A stretch of 40,694 nt of DNA from assembly GCA_041690595.1 (NCBI GenBank), contig JAWLHB010000005.1, positions 248,001 through 288,694 on the forward strand, read 5' to 3'. Position numbers and translations under genes: made by a program. The notes under the pieces are model-generated. The model had not been told where the DNA came from and ran no database searches. It saw nothing but the letters and a program-made list of their open reading frames with translations. This document shows, piece after piece, positions 30,486-39,502 of the stretch (its first letter is position 1; each line of letters begins with the position of its first letter). Origin of the DNA: Lentisphaeria bacterium. Lineage in GTDB: Bacteria > Verrucomicrobiota > Lentisphaeria > JABSQK01 > JAWLHB01.

Positions 30486-31346
30486 TCACATCCCCCTCTG
30501 CCAAATGTCGTGAAACACCTTAAAGATGGCTTCCCCGGCAACAGGACCCACCTGCTTCGCAAGATCAGCGCGATCCACCATGTTCTGAGGCGTGATGTTG
30601 AGCCGCTTTTCCCACACTCCAATCCATCTTGTAGCCAACTCTATCGCGCCGAAATCGCGCCTGGTCCGCACTTCCTTTTTGAAACAAGCCAAGGCTTTGG
30701 GCCAATCGCAGAACAAAAGGGTGTCCTCAGAAGATTTGCAGTCACTGAAGCGAAACTCATTAAAGGTACAGTCGATGAACGATGCATTGCTAAGATCGCA
30801 GTTTACCATGGAGGCTCCATGCACACCGCCAAATATCACGCCTCGAATTTCTCCCGTAAAGCGGCAACTATAAAAGCAACATTCACCCATTAGCGAATTG
30901 TTCCACTTCGTCTTATCAAACTGGCATCTTTCGAATCTACCGCCGAGACCAGTGGATCCGGACAAGTCAGATCGACTAAAGTCGCATCCTGAGTAGGAAC
31001 TGCCGTTCGCGCCAAGTCCCGAGCCGCGGAGCTTTGAGTCAGCAAAGGACACGTCCAGAAATGATGACTTGAAGTCCCCCAGAGCAAGCTGTGAGCCCTT
31101 GAAAGAACTGCTGGCAATGCTGGATTCAGCAAAGATCAACTTCTGGGCTCTCAGAAAACCGAAGTCGCAACTTGCGAGATTCAGACCTACTGGCCGGATG
31201 TTCGTCTCCAGCAGAATCCCTCGAAAATCCTCTTGTCCACTCTCCGTTACGCCAAACGGGCTGGAAACAATATCACCGCGAAAGAGCGACTCAAGGATCG
31301 ATGTGAAGCCAGACCATCTCTGCTGGATAGATTTATTTATCGACAT
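30486..31346 (-). CDS. Pentapeptide-repeat protein, putative immunity protein of cassette C
   Basis: Repeats such as 'DVSFADSKL', 'GCDFSRSDL', 'RCQFDKTKW', 'NCDLSNASFIDCTF'; starts 12 bp after the toxin stop with RBS; AT-richer than the host genes. Confidence 0.8.
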   Translation of the reverse strand: MSINKSIQQRWSGFTSILESLFRGDIVSSPFGVTESGQEDFRGILLETNIRPVGLNLASCDFGFLRAQKLIFAESSIASSSFKGSQLALGDFKSSFLDVSFADSKLRGSGLGANGSSYSGCDFSRSDLSGSTGLGGRFERCQFDKTKWNNSLMGECCFYSCRFTGEIRGVIFGGVHGASMVNCDLSNASFIDCTFNEFRFSDCKSSEDTLLFCDWPKALACFKKEVRTRRDFGAIELATRWIGVWEKRLNITPQNMVDRADLAKQVGPVAGEAIFKVFHDIWQRGM

Positions 31347-31357
31347 GGCGTCCCTCG

Positions 31358-33487
31358 TTATTTGTAGAGCAACGGCAGCAATACTTCGTATTTGTCACCG
31401 TACCTGTTTATATGTTCCGGCCAAGACCTCAGCGTAGTCAGATCGAAGCCGAAGCTTGCGCCTTGGTAGATGTCAACTCCACCAACTCCTTGTGGCGTTA
31501 TGGAAAGTTTGGACAGGCGTCCTGCAGCTTGCTCCTGCTCTATCAGCTGCTTTAGTATCCGATCTCTGGCTGTTCCCTCAAAAATGGCATGAGACCATTC
31601 ATTTCCCTTAATTGACATAAAATCGATCTCGCCCTGTCTAAGGTATGTAGCTGCAGATGATTGAAAAATCTGCTCTGTTCTTTCGGTCAACCCGATCAAT
31701 TGACGGTGCGTTCGGACAAGCTCCTTCGCCTCACTGAGTGACTTGGTCTTGCTTACTGCCTCAGCAATCGGTTCCCTTCCGGCGAGGCCGTAACGTCCAC
31801 CCAAATTACTCCCTGACCCGAGACGTCTGGCGCCTCTGGCCACATCATCAATTTTGCGCCAGACACCATCAGAATCAAGCACACAGAGAAAAATCCCTCC
31901 TGCCCAGACGTTGCCTGTTGTCTGCTCTGAGATCTCAAGAACGTTCCTGGTGATTATTCCATCCACTCGTTGTCCAGTCGCCACCTGTAACCCTGCGTGA
32001 AAACCTTCATCAGCAACCAAGATCCCGACTCCAAGCCTGGCGACAAGCGGAGTGATCCCAACTGCACCTACCGGCATGAGTATGGTGAGAATCGCGGTTC
32101 CAGTGCCGGTGAGTCGATTTCCCCACCGGACAGCTTCTTCTGTTGGGAGCGGATCGTCACCGGTTTCGGTTATGGCAGTAAGGAGGAAAGCACGTCTATG
32201 TGCCAGTCGGTGCGGTATACCAGCGGATGTAGCAGAGTCATATTCAAGATTGTACAGATATGGATCGAAGCCGTGCCTGTGCGCTCTTGACCTCGCCGCA
32301 TCCCCCATTATCTCCTCCCCTTTCTGCTTCAACCAGGCGGTCAGGCGTCCCCAAAATAACCCCAACGGGTCGATGTACATCAAGGGATTGTTGGCGCAGA
32401 AGACGCGGTCGGCGACGCCGAAGCGGCGGAGTTCCTTGAGGAAGTCTGGGTTGGTGAAGCTGCCAAGGAAGGGATCGTATTGGCGGTAGCGATAGTGGTA
32501 TTGGGTGGCGACGTCGTCCCACTCGCGGCCGTGATACCAATAGCGGTTGCGGAGACCGTCGCCGGGGGCTTCGAGGCGGTACTTGCTGCGTTCGTTGCCG
32601 AAGGCGTCGTAGGCGCGTTGTTCGACGACGTTGCCGTTCGCGTCGACGATCTGCAGGACGCTGTTGACCTGGTCGGTGAGGTAGTAGTAGAGCTTGGGCG
32701 CCTTGCCGGGCCATTGATCGATGAACCCGATGCGCTTGTCGATGGCGGGATCGTCCCAATAGGTGCGGGTGAAGTCGACGGTGCCGTCACTGTCGAGATC
32801 GACGAGGTCGGCGACGACGTCCATGCCGAGGCCGTCATAGACGTAACGGGTGGTGGTTTCCGTTAGGGGGATGGTGTCGTTGAGGGTGCGTTTGGTCCGT
32901 ACGCGGCGACCGAAAGCATCATAGACGTGGCTGACGCCGCGCAGCCCCTGAGCAGAGCCGTCGACCACACGCGAATCCTGCGCGCTCTTGAGGCGGCCTT
33001 CGGCGTCATAGACAAAGGTCTGCCGATAGTTCCCTTCGTTGACCTCGACGAGGCGGCCGGCGTCATCGTAAGCGAAGCCGCGCCAGACAATGGCGTTGGC
33101 GCCGATGCTGCGAGGCGCACTGCGCAGCTTGCGCCCGATGGTGCTGTCGGCGGCATCCATGAAGGCTCTGCACATGATGACATACGTCGACTGCGTCGCT
33201 TCCTGCCGCAGGTCGCAGCCCGCGTACATGAGGGTGGAGCCAAGTTCCGGATACTCGCCGGCGATCTCGGCGAACTGCTCGACCGGATCTTCGTCGGGCG
33301 GCAACTCCTCGTTGTACTGGGCCAGGACATCATCGCTGCTGCCTTCGAGGATGGAGTAGCCGTCGACGGCGAGCCGCGCGTTGTGGCGGACCGAGTGGGC
33401 TTCGAGGGCGACAGCCCCAATCCCCCAGATGAACCGGTCGCGCAGGCCGCCCTGGATGTCGTTCCGCAGGCGCAACGGGATGCTCAT
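31358..33487 (-). CDS. Rhs cassette C: orphan core + hydrophobic linker + putative PD-(D/E)xK-like nuclease tip
   Basis: Core ends at 'NNPLMYIDPLG' (~32360); homology to cassette B begins at ~33521; tip 'GVDIY..FDLTT..WPEHINRYG'. Confidence 0.85.
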   Translation of the reverse strand: MSIPLRLRNDIQGGLRDRFIWGIGAVALEAHSVRHNARLAVDGYSILEGSSDDVLAQYNEELPPDEDPVEQFAEIAGEYPELGSTLMYAGCDLRQEATQSTYVIMCRAFMDAADSTIGRKLRSAPRSIGANAIVWRGFAYDDAGRLVEVNEGNYRQTFVYDAEGRLKSAQDSRVVDGSAQGLRGVSHVYDAFGRRVRTKRTLNDTIPLTETTTRYVYDGLGMDVVADLVDLDSDGTVDFTRTYWDDPAIDKRIGFIDQWPGKAPKLYYYLTDQVNSVLQIVDANGNVVEQRAYDAFGNERSKYRLEAPGDGLRNRYWYHGREWDDVATQYHYRYRQYDPFLGSFTNPDFLKELRRFGVADRVFCANNPLMYIDPLGLFWGRLTAWLKQKGEEIMGDAARSRAHRHGFDPYLYNLEYDSATSAGIPHRLAHRRAFLLTAITETGDDPLPTEEAVRWGNRLTGTGTAILTILMPVGAVGITPLVARLGVGILVADEGFHAGLQVATGQRVDGIITRNVLEISEQTTGNVWAGGIFLCVLDSDGVWRKIDDVARGARRLGSGSNLGGRYGLAGREPIAEAVSKTKSLSEAKELVRTHRQLIGLTERTEQIFQSSAATYLRQGEIDFMSIKGNEWSHAIFEGTARDRILKQLIEQEQAAGRLSKLSITPQGVGGVDIYQGASFGFDLTTLRSWPEHINRYGDKYEVLLPLLYK

Positions 33488-33564
33488 CTCAACCCGGTCG
33501 CCGGTTACAGCGAGGGAGACACTTTGCGTCGTAAAGCTTGCCCTTGGATGAACTCGGCTTCGTA

Positions 33565-33957
33565 TCAGACGTCTGTCTTAAGCAGTTGACCAGCGTGGAG
33601 TGCAATAAGACCGGGAATCTGGGCCTCGGCGAGGGTGAATTCTTGATCGTTGATTGCTTCTGCTTGATACAGACCAAGAAGGTAGCCACAACACAGAGCA
33701 AAGAACAATCGAATGTTATTTCCGCTCGGTCCGTACAGAGAAAGATCACCCGGACGATACTCAGCATCGAGCCGCTGACGCAGAAAGGCGAAGTGGTTTG
33801 GCCCCCATTCCTCAGTGGGAGAATGGTGTGAAAATCCAACGATTGCAGTCTTAACCGTCAGATCGTCCTCCGGGTTTGGTGACATCAACTGACGGGCCAT
33901 CCGTATCTCGCGGCCAAAGACAGGCAAGAGTTTCTTAAGTTCATCATAGACATGCAT
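33565..33957 (-). CDS. Hypothetical protein, putative immunity protein of cassette B
   Basis: 130-aa ORF starting 12 bp after the toxin B stop; role inferred from position only. Confidence 0.65.
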   Translation of the reverse strand: MHVYDELKKLLPVFGREIRMARQLMSPNPEDDLTVKTAIVGFSHHSPTEEWGPNHFAFLRQRLDAEYRPGDLSLYGPSGNNIRLFFALCCGYLLGLYQAEAINDQEFTLAEAQIPGLIALHAGQLLKTDV

Positions 33958-33968
33958 GTTAGTTAGCC

Positions 33969-36905
33969 TCAGTCGGGGAAGGGAATGCCCAAGCTCGCGT
34001 AGTACCTCCTAAGGTGAACAAGCCGCGTCTCGTTAGGAAGGGCGTTCCATTGCGCGATTGTTATCCCTAAGTCATCCGTGATGTGGCTTCGGAGAGAGGC
34101 TTGAAAACCGCCTTTCCCAGTATGAAAGTTTTGGCCGCCGGGGACCTTCCCTCCGGCATTGTCGTTTCTTACGGGAATGGTGGGACCATCCACGTAGTGT
34201 GGGTCGACTCTGCCCAAAGGCGGATCAAGATGGTGGTTATCGTACCCAGGAATCCTGCTCTGCTTGGCTTCATTATAAGGTCTCACCTCGCCGATGACCG
34301 CTGGGGTCTCTGGGACACTCGTGTCTGGGGTACTATGCTTTACGATATCATCAAATCGGTCCGATCCAACCTCTTCCGCGAGTTCCTGGACCATCTCATT
34401 CGCTTCTCGAGCAACGTGGGTTCCGGGAGTGACCGTGGTGTCCAGATACTTGGCATAGCTGCCATTGGGAATCCACTTGAGCGCCTTCCTGAACCCCCAT
34501 CTGACTGCATCGCCAAGAACGGGCACAAAACCCACAACTCCACCGGCAACCATAACGGAGCCAACCAGAATATGCCCATCGGCAATCGCGCAAATCCCAA
34601 GTACAACGTCAGCACCATCAAGGGCGATGCCGGTGGGCGTGAACGAAAGCCCCACGTCGATATAAAGCGGCCTGTCGAGCAGAACCTGAGAAAATGCCTC
34701 CGGCTCGCGCGATCTTAGGATTCTGCCGCTCATACTGAAATGGCTCGACATGAAGACTGGATCACCCGTGGAGAATCGGGCATTGTCCACATCGGCAATA
34801 CTGGGTGGTGGCTCGAACAGCCCCATGGGGTCGATGTACATCAAGGGGTTGTTGGCGCAGAAGACGCGGTCGGCGATGCCGAAGCGGCGGAGTTCCTTGA
34901 GGAAGTCTGGGTTGGTGAAGCTGCCAAGGAAGGGATCGTATTGGCGGTAGCGATAGTGGTATTGGGTGGCGACATCGTCCCATTCGCGGCCGTGATACCA
35001 ATAGCGGTTGCGGAGGCCGTCGCCGGGGGCTTCGAGGCGGTACTTGCTGCGTTCGTTGCCGAAGGCATCGTAAGCGCGTTGCTCGACGACGCTGCCGTTC
35101 GCGTCGACGATCTGGAGGACGCTGTTGACCTGATCGGTGAGGTAGTAGTAGAGCTTGGGCGCTTTGCCGGGCCACTGATCGATGAACCCGATGCGTTTGT
35201 CGATAGTGGGATCGTCCCAGTAGGTGCGGGTGAAGTCGACGGTGCCGTTACTGTCGAGATCGACGAGGTCGGCGACGACGTCCATGCCGAGGCCGTCATA
35301 GACGTAACGGGTGGTGGTTTCCGTTAGGGGGATGGTGTCGTTGAGGGTGCGTTTGGTCCGTACGCGGCGACCGAAAGCGTCGTAGACGTGGCTGACGCCG
35401 CGCAGCACCTGGCCCCCACGCGAATCCTGCGCGCTCTTGAGGCGACCTTCGGCGTCGTAGACAAAGGTCTGCCGATAGTTGCCTTCGTTGATCTCGACGA
35501 GGCGGCCGGCGTCATCGTAAGCGAAGCCGCGCCAGACGATGGCATTGGCGCCGATGCTGCGCGGGGCGCTGCGCAGCTTGCGGCCGATGGTGCTGTCGGC
35601 GGCATCCAAGAAGGCTCTGCACATGATGACATACGTCGACTGCGTCGCTTCCTGCCGCAGGTCGCAGCCCGCATACATGAGGGTGGAGCCAAGTTCCGGA
35701 TACTCGCCGGCGATCTCGGCGAAGTGCTCGACCGGATCTTCGTCGGGCGGCAACTCTTCATTGTGCTGGGCCAGGACATCCTGGCTGCTGCCTTCGAGGA
35801 TGGAGTAGCCGTCGACGGCGAGCCGGGCGTTGTGGCGGACGGAGTGGGCTTCGAGGGCAACGGCCCCTATCCCCCAGATGAACCGGTCTTGCAGGCCACC
35901 CTGGATGTCGTTCCGCAGGCGCAGCGGGATGCTCATCTGTACCCGGTCGCCGGTAATAGCGAGGGAGACAGGGGTGGCAAAGCGGTTGACCAGGCCGGTT
36001 GACTTGGTGGCAGGAATGGTGAGGGTCATGCCGTCAAGGGTCGTGGTGGCATCTTCCGCCAGCCACCCGTTGAGGCTGACGGCGACCGGCGCGCCGTCGA
36101 CGATGGCGTTAACCGCAGGGGTGCCCATCTCCACGATCAGCCCATGACCGGTCCCACCGACGAGGATCTCGTGGAAGGTGGTGGTGGGCTGGCCGGTGAG
36201 CTTAAGACTATGGTCATGGACGACGTTGCTCTCTTCGTCGACAAGCGTGACGTTGACATTAAGGCGCCCCGGCCCGCGACGCTCCAGGCTGTACGTGGCG
36301 GTGTACCACGCATCGACACTCAGACGATTTACGTCGTCAAACGGTACGCTCTGCTCGAGCCTGCCGTCGAAGACGCCAGGCAGTCCTTCATCCGGTACCT
36401 TGACCTGAAAGACTTCAGCCTCAATCGGGACGGGGTAGACGGGGATGGTGGTAAAGAGCCCGCCGTCATCGGTGTCGACCAGCCCCCAACTGAAGGTATT
36501 GTCGAACTGGCTCTGGCCGGCGATGGCGGAGATGGTGAGGCTGATCGTGAGGTATTCGCCGATGGAGGTCAGGGGCACCTCGGGGAAGTCGGCAACCAGA
36601 CGTCCGGAATTGTGGAGCGTGTCGGAAATGCCGAAGCGGATCCCGGTACTGCCGTTGTGATCGGTGATCGAGGCCGAGGCGCCGCTACTGCCGGCGAAGG
36701 TCCAGGCCACGTCGAGCGGGTCGAGCCCATCGGTCATGCCGCCATCGGTAAACGAATCGTCGACCAAGGTGGTATCGACGAAGATGTAGTCGTCCGTGTG
36801 GTCGTCATCGTCTTCGTCATTCACGTCGAGAACGAACTGGCGTCTGTTCAACGTGACATTGTCGACCTGCACGAAGTGGCCGCGGCCGGCGACAGCGAGG
36901 GCCAT
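33969..36905 (-). CDS. Rhs cassette B: 5'-truncated Rhs with acidic beta-rich domains, RHS core and putative His-Me-finger (HNH-type) nuclease tip
   Basis: Frame stays open upstream to ~37130 with no ATG/GTG/TTG start; core ends 'IDPMG' (~34821); pre-toxin-like 'GVVGFVPVLGD'; tip 'YDNHHLDP..GPTIPV..FHTG'. Confidence 0.85.
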   Translation of the reverse strand: MALAVAGRGHFVQVDNVTLNRRQFVLDVNDEDDDDHTDDYIFVDTTLVDDSFTDGGMTDGLDPLDVAWTFAGSSGASASITDHNGSTGIRFGISDTLHNSGRLVADFPEVPLTSIGEYLTISLTISAIAGQSQFDNTFSWGLVDTDDGGLFTTIPVYPVPIEAEVFQVKVPDEGLPGVFDGRLEQSVPFDDVNRLSVDAWYTATYSLERRGPGRLNVNVTLVDEESNVVHDHSLKLTGQPTTTFHEILVGGTGHGLIVEMGTPAVNAIVDGAPVAVSLNGWLAEDATTTLDGMTLTIPATKSTGLVNRFATPVSLAITGDRVQMSIPLRLRNDIQGGLQDRFIWGIGAVALEAHSVRHNARLAVDGYSILEGSSQDVLAQHNEELPPDEDPVEHFAEIAGEYPELGSTLMYAGCDLRQEATQSTYVIMCRAFLDAADSTIGRKLRSAPRSIGANAIVWRGFAYDDAGRLVEINEGNYRQTFVYDAEGRLKSAQDSRGGQVLRGVSHVYDAFGRRVRTKRTLNDTIPLTETTTRYVYDGLGMDVVADLVDLDSNGTVDFTRTYWDDPTIDKRIGFIDQWPGKAPKLYYYLTDQVNSVLQIVDANGSVVEQRAYDAFGNERSKYRLEAPGDGLRNRYWYHGREWDDVATQYHYRYRQYDPFLGSFTNPDFLKELRRFGIADRVFCANNPLMYIDPMGLFEPPPSIADVDNARFSTGDPVFMSSHFSMSGRILRSREPEAFSQVLLDRPLYIDVGLSFTPTGIALDGADVVLGICAIADGHILVGSVMVAGGVVGFVPVLGDAVRWGFRKALKWIPNGSYAKYLDTTVTPGTHVAREANEMVQELAEEVGSDRFDDIVKHSTPDTSVPETPAVIGEVRPYNEAKQSRIPGYDNHHLDPPLGRVDPHYVDGPTIPVRNDNAGGKVPGGQNFHTGKGGFQASLRSHITDDLGITIAQWNALPNETRLVHLRRYYASLGIPFPD

Positions 36906-37226
36906 GCCGCGGAAGGAGCCGTTGTGATTGGCAACCGAGCCGCTCAGGCTCTCTCCCCAGCCACTGCTGGTGACGGCAAGGCCATTGGCGGTGCGCTGGA
37001 CATGCAGGGTGAGCGTATGCGCCTGCGGATCCCGGATGCCGCCGTTGAGGGTGCCTTCCGACAGGACAGTGTGAGCGCCAAGTGGAATCAGGGGCTCGCC
37101 GTCATCACCGCAAACGCATTTGCATCCGCCTCAAGAAGGCCGCCGCAAGATTATCAATTCTGCGTTTTCGCTACCCAGAAATAACAGTCGGTAGCAACCG
37201 TCTCGACCAGCGTCTTGTTCCCAGTG

Positions 37227-38135
37227 TCAATCATCATTATCATCAAAATCTTCCGACTTCAGCAAGAGCTTCACACCTGACTCAGCTAACCATTTCGGTA
37301 AATGGCTCAGCGGATTTCCGACCAGATTAATCCGTTTCAGCAAACGCAGCTCCCTAAGCCACTCCGGAATCTGAGTAATTCGATTGCGAGCCAAATCAAT
37401 ATCCTCGAGTTGGGTGCAAAGACGCAAGCTAGTCGGAATATTGGTTAGACCCGAACCGGATGCCGCAATGCTCCTGAGTGACTCGGGTAGCATTCCATTA
37501 AGTGCTGCTGAATCGCAAGCAACCATAGCCAATTCCTCTAGCTTCTTCGCCTTCTGAAGCTCATTCATCAACGCGGCGGTGTTCTTGCAGAATGCCATGT
37601 TGACCGTCCTTAGCTCTGGCCACATATCAAGGTCGAATGAATCAAAATCCCCGATGTCGCTAACGGTCAGCTGGCGAACAGCCAGCTTGCTGGCAACCTT
37701 CGGGAAAGTCAATGCTCCTGCCTCAACTCTAAGATTAGAAAGCGTCGGTGGCGCGCAATTCAGTTCATTCAGCGCAATGTGCTGACTTGACCTTACCCAA
37801 AGCATCGTCAATATAGATGCACTCCAAAACACACCATCCATCTGATGAAGCACTGGTGAACGTGCGCTGAACACGGTCAGTTTTGGGAATGCACTCAATG
37901 ATACAGGAAGTACCGTCATGGTCTTGCATTCTATGCCCAGTATCTCCATATGTTTTGAGCCAATGAACCTTAAGTCACGCAATCGTTTGCAGCTTATATG
38001 TAACCCCTTGAGTCTGGAGAATCTGGAAAGCTCATCCTTGATGCTCTCCAGATCATCAGTTCCCACCATCAGGTACTCGATTTGATCCGGCGACTCTATA
38101 TCGCGACTGAAGTTGACCCACTTCGCAGCAGTCAT
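37227..38135 (-). CDS. Leucine-rich-repeat protein, putative immunity protein of cassette A
   Basis: 'LEDIDLARNRITQIPEWLRELRLLKRINLVGNPLSHLP'; GGAG upstream of ATG 38135 (alternative GTG 38150); lies directly after toxin A. Confidence 0.82.
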   Translation of the reverse strand: MTAAKWVNFSRDIESPDQIEYLMVGTDDLESIKDELSRFSRLKGLHISCKRLRDLRFIGSKHMEILGIECKTMTVLPVSLSAFPKLTVFSARSPVLHQMDGVFWSASILTMLWVRSSQHIALNELNCAPPTLSNLRVEAGALTFPKVASKLAVRQLTVSDIGDFDSFDLDMWPELRTVNMAFCKNTAALMNELQKAKKLEELAMVACDSAALNGMLPESLRSIAASGSGLTNIPTSLRLCTQLEDIDLARNRITQIPEWLRELRLLKRINLVGNPLSHLPKWLAESGVKLLLKSEDFDDNDD

Positions 38136-38163
38136 TGCACTCTTCTCCACAATTGATTAGTGT

Positions 38164-39429
38164 CTAAAATCCAAAGTAAGCACCAACTCTGGGATCTGCG
38201 TCTATAACGTCGGCGTCAATTTGCACGTCCACACCACCAGGACTTCGCCGGCCGCCTTCAGCCTGGACATAATGCCTTAGGAGTTCAGATCCTAAGTGTT
38301 TTGAAATGCTCTCTGATAACGCCCAATATCCATCAGCCGTCCCCTTGGTAATATCATAAATCGTATCTCCTTCTACAATGCTTGATAAAGCATATGCCCA
38401 CGCCTGTGATTCCGACATGCCTCTATCTCTGGCCTGCTGATGGATAACCGACACGAAGGCAATGCTCAGTACACCTGGAGCGCCCTTTGCGGCCTTTATT
38501 CCATATTTCTTCAGGACGGGTTTGATGGAATCTATGAACTTCGGGTTACGTGCTAGTCTTTCGGCCATACGGTTAGCATAAAGCATCTCCACGACGTTTC
38601 GCCCCTTCCGCATTTCAATCAGGCGCCGGGGATCCATTTCCGTGCGAAGTATAACATGTGCAGCCCATTCGGAATCTATACCTGCATGTCCAGTCTTCAG
38701 ATCAAGGACTACATCTGTAATATCACGTATGGAACGCTGGGATACAGGCTTGCTTAGATCAACAGGCTGCTTCGTAATGATTATATCTGGCACTTTGTTA
38801 CCATTTCCCCATCTGCCATTGTATGACCTACGTTTCACTAATTTCCCTTCTTTATTTATACCAATCTCGGTAAATATATATCCTTTCAGATCGGCAAAGT
38901 CTTTTTCTAGAACTTCGTTCACTCTTGATTGGAAGTCAGCATGAATTAAGCTGCCCGCACTTGTTGCATCACCGCCAGTATGCAGCAGATAGTCATCCCT
39001 TACACTCAGTAACTGGTTGCTAATCTCCTGAACCTTAACCAAGAACTCATCTAGTCTACCGGCAGCAATTTCTTTGCCGAATGGATCCATCTCCTGCAGG
39101 CCATTGTTGTTGAACGCAACATAGTTCCCTGGGCCCATGGGGTCAAGGCGGATGTCCCAGTCGGGGCCGGTGAACTGGCCGAGTTCGGGGATGTAGGTAC
39201 GGAAGCGATAGTAGTAGTGGCCGGCGTGCGCGTCCCACTCGCGGCCCTGGAAGCGATAGCGATTCGGCACGTCGAGCTTGTCGTAGGAGCGATCGAGTTG
39301 GAGGTTGCCGAAGGCATCGTAGACATAGTTGGCGACGACGGAGCCATCCTCCTCCAGCACCTGCAGGATGCTCCCGACCTGGTCGCAGAGGTAATAGTAG
39401 AGCTTGTGATTGTTGCCGGAGAGATCCAT
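38164..39429 (-). CDS. Rhs cassette A: divergent RHS core + restriction-endonuclease-fold (PD-(D/E)xK) toxin tip
   Basis: 'YYYLCDQVGS..YDAFGN..RFQGREWD..YYYRFRTY..DPFG' (ends ~39076); tip 'GSLIH..FTE..VPDIII..VLDLKTG'. Confidence 0.85.
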   Translation of the reverse strand: MDLSGNNHKLYYYLCDQVGSILQVLEEDGSVVANYVYDAFGNLQLDRSYDKLDVPNRYRFQGREWDAHAGHYYYRFRTYIPELGQFTGPDWDIRLDPMGPGNYVAFNNNGLQEMDPFGKEIAAGRLDEFLVKVQEISNQLLSVRDDYLLHTGGDATSAGSLIHADFQSRVNEVLEKDFADLKGYIFTEIGINKEGKLVKRRSYNGRWGNGNKVPDIIITKQPVDLSKPVSQRSIRDITDVVLDLKTGHAGIDSEWAAHVILRTEMDPRRLIEMRKGRNVVEMLYANRMAERLARNPKFIDSIKPVLKKYGIKAAKGAPGVLSIAFVSVIHQQARDRGMSESQAWAYALSSIVEGDTIYDITKGTADGYWALSESISKHLGSELLRHYVQAEGGRRSPGGVDVQIDADVIDADPRVGAYFGF

Positions 39430-39432
39430 GTC

Positions 39433-39502
39433 AGCCGAACCCGCATGGCGAGTGAGACAGCAAACCCGAAGGGTTTAGTGAGGCAAGGCCGAGCGGCAAC
39501 TA
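39433..39502 (-). mobile_element. 70-bp structured miniature insertion (REP/MITE-like), copy 2
   Basis: Homologous to 29616-29683; removal joins 'IDERIG' in frame to '(D/Y)MDLSG'. Confidence 0.8.

Noticed and set aside
27259..36067. Diversity-generating retroelement template/variable repeats
   Set aside because: Differences between repeat copies are not adenine-specific and there is no reverse transcriptase; Rhs cassette homology explains them.
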